Of a stretch of 64,000 bases of DNA, positions 28,762 to 36,315 are shown one piece after another. A model generated the notes under the pieces. It worked only from the letters and a program-made list of their open reading frames with translations, did not search any database and had not been told where the DNA came from. Made by a program: the position numbers and the translations under genes. The first letter of the stretch is position 1. The number at the start of each line of letters is the position of its first letter. This DNA is from an uncultured Gemmatimonadaceae bacterium (GTDB taxonomy: Bacteria > Gemmatimonadota > Gemmatimonadetes > Gemmatimonadales > Gemmatimonadaceae). The stretch spans positions 384,001 to 448,000 of the forward strand of contig CAWFQK010000002.1 of the NCBI GenBank assembly GCA_963817955.1, written 5' to 3'.

Positions 28762-29525
28762 CGGGACACGGTCCTGGGACACGGGACACGGGACACGGGA
28801 CACGAGAAACTCACAACGCATAACTCACAACTGGAAACTCGAAACTCGCCGACCGGCGGGCCGAGCGCTACGGAGCAGCCAGCGACATCCAACCGGTAAA
28901 CACCCGGAGTCCAATCCACGTTCCTCGGCGTTCCTCTGCGCACTCCGCGGTAAACAGGTTTTCTACCGCTTATGCCTTGAGTTCCCGGTGGTGCAGTCCG
29001 CAGCGCAGCAACGGCAATCCGCCTATTTGGCAGTAATATTGGCGTGGATTTGCCCGTAGGGTCGCTGATGACGCCCGTGGGGTCGCTGATCGTCTCCGTG
29101 GGCGAGGTGAAGGCGCCTGTGGCCCGCCTGATCGTGCCTGGTATGTCGCTGATCGTCTCCGTGAGGCGCCTGATCGGCGAAAGTGCCCGCCGAATCGGGC
29201 CCGTGGACCAGCTGATCGTGCCCGTGGCCCGCCTGGTCTGACCCGTGTCCCGCCTGATCGTGCCCGTGGCCCGCCTGATCGCCTCCGGTATCCGCCGAAT
29301 CGGCAGAGGGATGCGCCTGATCGGGGTGATCGAGCAGGTGATCGCATGCGTAGACCGGGTGAACGTACCGGTAGAGCAGGTGACCGCACGTATAGAGCAG
29401 GCGAACGTACCGATGGACCAGGTGAACGTTCGGCTAGACCACCTGAAACGCCGCGTAAAGCAACATGCCTGCCGGATGGCAGGCCTGTTCCACTTGCTAC
29501 ACCAACTGTTCATTGGTCTAGGCAA
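28758..29525 (-). CDS. Possible heptad-repeat (TIRRATG) protein; coding status uncertain
   Basis: Uninterrupted 255-aa frame across the 21-bp array with near-invariant I/F/V every seventh residue; no convincing RBS. Confidence 0.25.
   Translation of the reverse strand: MPRPMNSWCSKWNRPAIRQACCFTRRFRWSSRTFTWSIGTFACSIRAVTCSTGTFTRSTHAITCSITPIRRIPLPIRRIPEAIRRATGTIRRDTGQTRRATGTISWSTGPIRRALSPIRRLTETISDIPGTIRRATGAFTSPTETISDPTGVISDPTGKSTPILLPNRRIAVAALRTAPPGTQGISGRKPVYRGVRRGTPRNVDWTPGVYRLDVAGCSVALGPPVGEFRVSSCELCVVSFSCPVSRVPCPRTVSR
28763..28848. repeat. Adjacent 7-bp tandem arrays (GGGACAC)n and (AACTCAC-like)n
   Basis: GGGACAC x4 at 28776-28803 plus an earlier copy, followed by AACTCAC AACGCAT AACTCAC AACTGGA AACTCGA AACTCGC. 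Confidence 0.85.
29052..29450. repeat. Degenerate 21-bp tandem array, 19 units without indels
   Basis: Consensus about GCCCGTGGCCCGCCTGATCGT drifting to ACCGGTAGAGCAGGTGAACGT; 19 x 21 = 399 bp. Confidence 0.92.
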
Positions 29526-29558
29526 CGGAATCCGGCAGTCGAGGAAGTCCGTCCGCCG

Positions 29559-29876
29559 ACCTGCCGTCGTACCGCAAGGTCAGGCACTGGTGCGCAACAC
29601 CACCGGCGTGCCTCGCGCAATGCCTAACGCGTTCGCGGCGTTTCCGTCGCGCACTGCGATTTCGACAAAGCCGCTGGATCCGACCACGGCGACCGGTGCA
29701 CCCGACGGCACATCCGCGTAGATCTTTCGGATCGGAATACCGCGCGACGAAACGTCAACGATGCCACCGCGCAAGGCAATGAGATTCGTGATCGCGTTGC
29801 CGAAGCGATCCACGAGAATCACTTCACCAGCCATTGAGCCGTCGGCGCAGCGCCGCGGTTCTGGTGTCCGACGAAC
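29559..29876 (-). pseudogene. Duplicated 3' fragment of the SAM hydrolase/halogenase gene (direct repeat of 35540-35857)
   Basis: 318 bp with 4 mismatches by manual alignment; includes the stop codon at 29580; lacks the N-terminal ~150 codons. Confidence 0.92.
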
Positions 29877-29898
29877 GAACGTAAGGCTGCCTCACCAA

Positions 29899-29946
29899 GC
29901 TCACCTATCAGCCCGGTTTGTGGCTCACCTATCAGACCGGTTTGTA
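29899..29946. repeat. Two tandem 24-bp direct repeats at the duplication junction
   Basis: GCTCACCTATCAGCCCGGTTTGTG / GCTCACCTATCAGACCGGTTTGTA. Confidence 0.9.
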
Positions 29947-29948
29947 CC

Positions 29949-30187
29949 CGAGAAACTCACAACGCACAACTCACAACTGGAAACTCGAAACTCGCCGACC
30001 GGTACGGAGCAGCCAGCGACATCCCGCCGGTTAAGCCACGGAGCCCAATCCCCGATCCTCGGCGTTCCTCTGCGCAGTCCGCGGAGGGATGCTCTTCGGT
30101 AACCAGCCTTTCTCCTGGCAGCAGCGGCAGTCCGCCGACCTGAGGGCAGACCTGTTCCACTTGCTACATCAACTGTTCGTTCGTCTA
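29949..30187. repeat. Diverged second copy of intergenic DNA at 28803-29033 joined to 29483-29520
   Basis: Shared CGAGAAACTCACAACGCA...GCCGACCGG, TACGGAGCAGCCAGCGACATCC, CCTCGGCGTTCCTCTGCGCA, CCTGTTCCACTTGCTACA. Confidence 0.9.
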
Positions 30188-31012
30188 ACAGACTGTTGAA
30201 CTACGAGTGAACGCGAGCATGATCGACCCGCGGCGGCGGACGCCTGGAATTCGAACTGACACGGCCCGATCCGCCGTGGAGCCGAGCCCAGATGGCGGAA
30301 ACGGCGGAGGAAGAGCCCGAGGTTCGAGACGGGATCCGGAATCGCGGTGCGAATCCCGACGGCCTGCCACGTGACCAGCGCCTCGACCTTGCACTAGCCC
30401 AAGTCCACGATGGCGCCGGTCTCCAGATCGACTACGTGCTCCGGCTTGTACAGCATCCGCGTCGCGCCCTTCTTGTCGAGGCCCACCTTGGCGTCGGGAT
30501 CATGCGGGTTCTGCCAGTCTTTGTTCGACGTCTTTCGGCCCGTCCGCTTGCGATCGAACGTGCTCACCGCGCACGGATCGCAAGCGGATCGCTCGTTTCG
30601 ACGCTTGCCTGCTTCGCCAGCCGCTTCACGTACTGCCGGTACTGCTCGCCCCGTCAGCCGATGCGTGAGTGACTTGAGTGACTTGAGCCAGGCATCCGCC
30701 TCGAGCACCGAGGTGTCGATACCGAGGTGTTTGCCCCGGAGGAATTTCCTCTCGTGCAACGCCGCGACGACCAGACCAAAGACCTGATCGTAGACGTCGA
30801 GGGCGAGCCGTTGCCGGATCACAGTGAAGCTCGAGTGATCGGGCGTTTTCTCGGTCAGCTCGTAGTGGAGAAAGGCGCAGATCGACAGCGAATCGGGCGC
30901 ACCGCGCCGCAATGGCGCGCTCGCTGGCGAGGTTCTCGAAGAAGCCCACGATGAGCATCTTGAAGTAGACTCCCGGATCGAATCCGGGGCGGCCGCCCTG
31001 CCGGGCCGCCAT
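30185..31012 (-). mobile_element. IS1182/IS5-like transposase remnant (frameshifted, truncated)
   Basis: GRPGFDPGVYFKML...SERAIA, TPDHSS, LGIDTSVLEA, DPDAK, YKPEHVVDLETG split over frames; stop at 30394; end-like TTCAACAGTCTGTTAG. Confidence 0.85.
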
Positions 31013-31029
31013 GTCATAACTGCTTGTAT

Positions 31030-31290
31030 TGTGGGCAGTCAGGACCTCGTCACCCTTCTCTTACGCATTTTCGAGGGCGACACTCCCGCGAGAATGGCGA
31101 GCAGGCGCTCGTTCGGCACGACGATTATTGAATCGGCGTATTTGCGCATCTCGGCGATGCCGCGCTCTGCCTGCCGCATGTGAGTGGCCCCTTCAAGGTC
31201 GAAAGGCTGGGTCGCGACACCGACCGTGAACGCACCAGCTCGCTTCGCCAGCTCAGCGACCACAGGAGGAGCAGCACCCGTTCCGCTTCG
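31030..31290 (-). pseudogene. ftsZ: Degenerate internal fragment of ftsZ
   Basis: SGTGAAPPVVAELAKRAGAFTVGVATQPFDLEG...RQAERGIAEMRKYADSIIVVPNERLL resembles the FtsZ region following the tubulin signature. Confidence 0.8.
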
Positions 31291-31366
31291 TGAGGCGCGT
31301 AGCCCGGTCGTTATCCTGAGTGCGATGCGACCAAGGATCCCCTCGTCCCGCACGGCCCCCCGCACG

Positions 31367-32194
31367 TTACCGGTGCGTCCAGATCAGCAACACCTTGCAC
31401 GCCTTGCCCGGTCGCCGATACGCCGACGGGGCACTGCCCTTGTCATACAGCTCAACCGCCGCGATCAGATCCGAAGGCACCGTGGCAAGGCTCTCCGTGA
31501 ACCAAATGCCGTCCACGTACGTGTCTATTGGACAGGTCGCATGCCCGTCATGCAGAAGGCCACTCGGCTGCGTCGCTTCAAGGTGCATCGAGCCGAACGC
31601 ATCGAGGTCTGCAGGCAGGTCGAGTCCGACCCGCGCCGTAGGAGGCGGCATCGGCACCAGTGTCAACCCGGGAAAGCGGCTCGCCAGAATGTTGGCCAGG
31701 GGTCGCTGACCCTCGCGCCGCAAGATGGAATCAGTCAGGAAGTGGCCGACTCCCATCCGACGCCGAACTTCGAATTCGGTGAGCGACGCCGGGGTCGCCC
31801 GATCTTCAATCGTCACCCGTTCGAGCTCGGCCGCGGTCCGACGCAATACGAAGTCGAACTCGGCGGTGTCGCCGTACACCGACAACTCCGTCTCGATGGA
31901 GACGTACCCCACCCGGCGTAGGCGCACGCTGTGCATCCCGCTCGCTACGCGCTGCATGATCGCCCGCCCGCCTGTGTCGGTTCTGACGAGACGCGTGGGA
32001 TCCAGCAGCGACAGTTCCACCCCGTAGAGGGGGCGATGAGTCACCTCATCGGTGACGCGCGCAACCAGCACGACGCCGGCTTCCGATTGCGCGCCCACGG
32101 CCTCAGGCAGTCCGCCTAAAATGAGAGTCCCCGCTACCACGCAGGCGAGTCGCACTCGGAGTCCCTGCGTAGCAGCTGTGATCATGGGTCTCAC
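31367..32194 (-). CDS. Secreted protein with carboxypeptidase-regulatory-like domain and TonB-plug-like C-terminus
   Basis: Signal peptide, RTDTGG, RRVGY, FEVRRRMGVGHFLT, YVDG, IAAVELY, VLLIWT. Confidence 0.7.
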   Translation of the reverse strand: MRPMITAATQGLRVRLACVVAGTLILGGLPEAVGAQSEAGVVLVARVTDEVTHRPLYGVELSLLDPTRLVRTDTGGRAIMQRVASGMHSVRLRRVGYVSIETELSVYGDTAEFDFVLRRTAAELERVTIEDRATPASLTEFEVRRRMGVGHFLTDSILRREGQRPLANILASRFPGLTLVPMPPPTARVGLDLPADLDAFGSMHLEATQPSGLLHDGHATCPIDTYVDGIWFTESLATVPSDLIAAVELYDKGSAPSAYRRPGKACKVLLIWTHR

Positions 32195-33936
32195 CGTTGC
32201 ACCCGAATCGCCGTCGTGACATAGGGCTGGCCGATCGGCACGACAATCTCGCGCGTGGTGCCTCCGCCCGGGCCCGCGTCAACGTGCAGGACGACGGCGA
32301 CGCCGCGTAGCACTCCACACACGGACACTTGGCCGGCGGAATCAGTTGTGCCGTTCCGGCGAGATTGGACCACGCCCGCCAAGGTGCCCCGCTTGGTCGG
32401 TTGTGCCCAGGTCGCCGACACGCGCACGCGCGCCAACGGCGCCGATGTCGCTGAGTCAATCACGACGACCCGCAACAACGCGAGCGACGCGTTGAGCACA
32501 CCGGAACACAGCTTGGCCACGGCACCGGTGGGGGAAAGGTCCGTCAAACGCACGGCCACCTCACCGGAATCCCGAACGGCCACCGACGTCGCGTGCGGAA
32601 TGCCCAAACTATCTATCGCCAAGTTCTCGGCGGTGAGTTGATAGGTTCCCGGGAGGAGCGACTCGAAGCGGAAACGTCCAGCCGTGTCGGTCACCATCCT
32701 CCGAGTGGTTCCCTCGACCAGCACGCTGCGACCGCTCCGCGGTATTCCTCCCTCGTCGGTGACCGTTCCGACGATGGCGTTCACGCGTCCGCGCCAGAGC
32801 ACCGTCGTATCGTGATGCAGTTCGAGAACCTCGCCACCCGACACCTGGGCACCAATGGCGACGAGCGCCAGACGCTGGCCGATGGCGCCCGACCGCGAGG
32901 TAACAGACTGTCCTGAGAACGCGCCCGCCCGTGCCTCCAGGCCCGTGATCGGCATGCGGATGTCCCATCGGCCGACGATCCACTCGTTCGACGGCAGGCG
33001 CATGAACTCGACGTGCCCACCCGGGTGCGCCGCATCGGCTTCGGGAGGCAGATCAGTATACTCGAAATTCAGTTCCCGCAAATCGGAGGTGCGTCGATCC
33101 ACCCAGAACACGCCCTGAATGTCTGGACGTTGTGGCGAGCTGCGGAGCGGCAGGAACTCGACACCAGCCCAACTCGAATGCCCCGGTGGCTCCGGTCTGG
33201 AGGCCGGCCGGAAGCAGTGCGACTCGGCAAACGAATCGGAGAGCAGCGCGTCCGCGTCCGGACCCAGGTACGTCGCGCCCGAGGCATCGCGACGCACGTA
33301 GCCGAAAGCCAGCAGACTATCCGCCGGCGCACTGCGGAATGGCTGGAGCGAGACACCATCTCGCTCGAACTGGCGCTGCCCGAGTACTCGCTCTGGACTC
33401 AGGTCCACGCGCCGCTCGTAGAGTGCGCGCCGCACGGTATACTCCTGATTGCCCGCCACGATACTGGCCGCCATGAGCGCTTTGCGCGCTTCACTCCACA
33501 GTTGGGCAGCGAGCGTCCCGGAATCAGGCGCCACTTCGCAGACTTGCTTTGCCTGCACGCGGACGGTGGCGAGGTGCACCGGCGTGCCCGACAGCAGGAG
33601 CCGGTACTGCACGTCGGCGCGTGGGTCGAGGGCGAGCGGGTCCGTCGTCGTGGGAGAGAACCCGATGCGGAGCGCACGCAGTCGGTACGCGCCGGTAACG
33701 GAGGCGCGAACGACGAATCCGCCGTTTGCCCGCGACAACGTGCGGTCAATGACGCGTCCAGTGCGGTCGACCAGTTCGACGATGATGCCGGCCGCCGGCA
33801 GGCTGTCTGCCATCACGACGGTGCCGCGTACCGCTTGGGCTTCCAGCGTGTTGGCTCCGCACGCCCACAACAGCCCCATGAACATGAAAGCGGAGATCCA
33901 GCTCCGACGACCCATGGATCGCGACCGGCTCATCAT
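32191..33936 (-). CDS. Secreted protein with multiple carboxypeptidase-regulatory-like domains
   Basis: AQAVRGTVV, LRALRIGF, PDADALLSDSFAESHCF, TDTAGRFRF, TDSAG...CGV; start uncertain. Confidence 0.7.
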   Translation of the reverse strand: MMSRSRSMGRRSWISAFMFMGLLWACGANTLEAQAVRGTVVMADSLPAAGIIVELVDRTGRVIDRTLSRANGGFVVRASVTGAYRLRALRIGFSPTTTDPLALDPRADVQYRLLLSGTPVHLATVRVQAKQVCEVAPDSGTLAAQLWSEARKALMAASIVAGNQEYTVRRALYERRVDLSPERVLGQRQFERDGVSLQPFRSAPADSLLAFGYVRRDASGATYLGPDADALLSDSFAESHCFRPASRPEPPGHSSWAGVEFLPLRSSPQRPDIQGVFWVDRRTSDLRELNFEYTDLPPEADAAHPGGHVEFMRLPSNEWIVGRWDIRMPITGLEARAGAFSGQSVTSRSGAIGQRLALVAIGAQVSGGEVLELHHDTTVLWRGRVNAIVGTVTDEGGIPRSGRSVLVEGTTRRMVTDTAGRFRFESLLPGTYQLTAENLAIDSLGIPHATSVAVRDSGEVAVRLTDLSPTGAVAKLCSGVLNASLALLRVVVIDSATSAPLARVRVSATWAQPTKRGTLAGVVQSRRNGTTDSAGQVSVCGVLRGVAVVLHVDAGPGGGTTREIVVPIGQPYVTTAIRVQR

Positions 33937-34194
33937 AAGGTGACTTGAGGGATTTGATGGCGGCGATTCGAATGGCGGTCGCATGCGCACAGAACCTCGA
34001 CAAACTATAAGCCGAGCAGCCGAGCAGCCACCTCCAGATCCGCGAGATGACGACAAGTACGTTCACGCATCGGCTGTACGCGGCAGCAACATTATCATTA
34101 AACACTCTTTGACACAAGAGGCAAACCGCCGTCACACGGCGCGGCCCGACGATAACGCCACTAGTGAGACCGAGAATCTATAAGCAGTACATCC

Positions 34195-34400
34195 TCAAGT
34201 AGTGTTCGGCGATAAATCGAAGGGCGGCGACTGGTGAGAGATTTCGTCATCGGGATTCGACAGGTCGAATGCCGTGTGTAGTTGTAACGGCGGGGTCCTC
34301 TCGGAGAGCATCGCGCTGAGGATCTGTAGCACGGTGCAGAGCTGGAGGGTACGTTGAAGCTGCGTGCGGGTCATGCCCCCCTGTCTGCCACTGAGAATGG
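34195..34400 (-). mobile_element. Possible IS4-family 3' remnant
   Basis: LCTVLQILSAMLSERTP resembles IS4 transposase C-termini; weak. Confidence 0.45.
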
Positions 34401-34554
34401 ACCTGACCCGGTTTTGCGGACGCCTCCCTCGCACTGAGCGTGGTATTGACTTTGCGGAATTGTGATGGCTTTGGGGAACATCGACAGCGACGGCGAGATT
34501 GTGCGAACCTGCCAAGGTCTCGGACACTCGCTCGAAGTCGGGCCAGACGACGGC

Positions 34555-34941
34555 AGCCAAGGTCTTCCGGGCCACGCGTTCCACATCCCCGTCGGTAATG
34601 GGGCGCGGGGCCCCCGGACGCGGCGCATCGAGCAGTCCATCCAAGCGATGCGCCAGGAACCGCGTCAGCCACTTCCCCACGGTCTGTCGCGTGACGCCGA
34701 CCGCGTCCGCCACCTCGACGCTCGGCGCACCGCTCGCACTCCCGAGAATGATCCGGGCGCGCTCCGCGATCGCTCGCGCGGTCTTCGGGCGACGACTCCA
34801 CGCGGTCAACTGGGCGATCTCCGCGTCGGTCAGCATCAACGGCTGCAACATTGGGCCGCGCCTCATAGGATCAATCTCTCGAACGAGTTGGCCCGTGACG
34901 AGAGCAAAAGGCAATCCATGAACTTCTAACTCGCGACACTA
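34555..34941 (-). mobile_element. IS630-family left end and N-terminal HTH remnant
   Basis: Terminus TAGTGTCGCGAGTTAGAAGT; ERARIIL...TVGKWLTRF...LDAPRPGAPR; no DDE domain. Confidence 0.85.
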
Positions 34942-35480
34942 ATGACCTTCACGGTTCTTGCAGGACATGTGGATGCAGCGTGAAGGAGGAGAGTATGGTA
35001 CAGTGGCGGCCGCGGCGGTTGAGCGCGGCACAATTGGAAGAGCGGCGCCTCGCCGCGGCGCGGGAGTTTCCGCGCTGTCGCGTTCACGGGATCTCGCAGA
35101 GCGAGATTGCGCGCGCCGTCGGCGTCGGACGCCAAAGCGTGTCGCGCTGGTATGCGGCGTGGCAGACCCTGGGGGTCTCCTACCACTTTCGCTCACTCGG
35201 GCGCGTGCTCCGTGCGCACGGCTGGTCGCCGCAGCGCCCGGCGACGCGCGCGACCGAGCGGAACGAGGCGCTCATCGAGGCGTGGCTCAAGCGCGATTGG
35301 CCGCGCATCAAAAAGGGGCTCGTCGAAGCGGGCGGGTCATTGCCTTCCTAGACGAAACGGGTTTCGTGGTTCCCACGTACCGGGCCCGCGTAGGCAGCAC
35401 CTGGGCGCCGGTGGGCCACGTGCCCGTGCTGCACTGTCGATCGACAGCGGCGCGAAGTGTCGAGCCCCGCACCTGCACAA
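34940..35480 (+). mobile_element. Second IS630-family remnant with internal deletion and -1 slippery site
   Basis: LEERRLAA, QSEIAR, GWSPQRP, WPRIKKG; AAAAAGGGG at ~35310 leads to FLDETGF...TWAPVG in the -1 frame. Confidence 0.85.
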
Positions 35481-35560
35481 GAGGCCTCAGTCGGTTTGGT
35501 TGACAACTGAATCCGGGAGCCGAAGAAGTCCCCCCGTCTACCTGCCGTCGTATCGCAAGG

Positions 35561-36313
35561 TCAGGCGCTGGTGCGCAACACCACCGGCGTGCCTCGCGCA
35601 ATGCCTAACGCGTGCGCGGCGTTTCCGTCGCGCACCGCGATTTCGACAAAGCCGCTGGATCCGACCACGGCGACCGGTGCACCCGACGGCACATCCGCGT
35701 AGATCTTTCGGATCGGAATACCGCGCGACGAAACGTCAACGATGCCACCGCGCAAGGCAATGAGATTCGTGATCGCGTTGCCGAAGCGATCCACGAGAAT
35801 CACTTCACCAGCCATTGAGCCGTCGGCGCAGCGCCGCGGTTCTGGTGTCCGACGAACTATCGGATTGCAGCCGACGAGACCGATGGCATCGATCGGCTCT
35901 CCGCGCGCCAGTGCCGCCGCTGCGGGAGCGAAGACGTCGCGCCCGTGGAACGTAGCTGACACACCGGGCAGTATCGCCAACTCGACGGCACGCGCGCCGG
36001 GCATGAGGAGCGCCGGTGACAACACGCCATTGTCTGGTCCAACGAGATACCGAGCATCGCTGGACACCGCCAGCGCCGCCCGCGATGAACCGACGCCGGG
36101 ATCCACGACGACGAGGTGCACGGTGCCCTCGGGAAAACGCTGCCACACGCGTGCAAGCGAGAGCCGCGCGCACTCCACGTCTTGTGGCGGAATGTCGTGG
36201 GTGATGTCAACCAGCTCCGCGTCCGGGACCATCGTGAGCAGCACACCTTTCATCTCGCCGACATACCCGTCGGCAGTTCCGAAATCCGTCAGCAGCGTGA
36301 TGATAGGTCGCAT
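35561..36313 (-). CDS. SAM-dependent chlorinase/fluorinase family (DUF62, probable SAM hydrolase)
   Basis: ITLLTDFG, DITH, VVDPGVG, GPDNG, TFHGRDVF, DRFGN. Confidence 0.93.
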   Translation of the reverse strand: MRPIITLLTDFGTADGYVGEMKGVLLTMVPDAELVDITHDIPPQDVECARLSLARVWQRFPEGTVHLVVVDPGVGSSRAALAVSSDARYLVGPDNGVLSPALLMPGARAVELAILPGVSATFHGRDVFAPAAAALARGEPIDAIGLVGCNPIVRRTPEPRRCADGSMAGEVILVDRFGNAITNLIALRGGIVDVSSRGIPIRKIYADVPSGAPVAVVGSSGFVEIAVRDGNAAHALGIARGTPVVLRTSA

Positions 36314-36315
36314 GG

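Noticed and set aside
29239..29241. Selenocysteine or readthrough at the TGA in the plus-strand heptad frame
   Set aside because: No SECIS-like hairpin recognised, no redox motif, and coding on this strand is unproven.
29052..29450. CRISPR array
   Set aside because: Units are contiguous and degenerate with no repeat-spacer alternation; no cas genes.
29877..35539. Prophage or autonomous integrative element
   Set aside because: No integrase, phage, replication or conjugation genes; all transposases are fragments.
29559..35857. Diversity-generating retroelement template/variable repeat pair
   Set aside because: Only 4 mismatches in 318 bp, not confined to adenines of one copy, and no reverse transcriptase in the window.
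35561..36313. Fluorinase/chlorinase biosynthetic cluster
   Set aside because: No biosynthetic genes nearby; most DUF62 proteins are SAM hydrolases, and halogenase activity cannot be inferred by eye.
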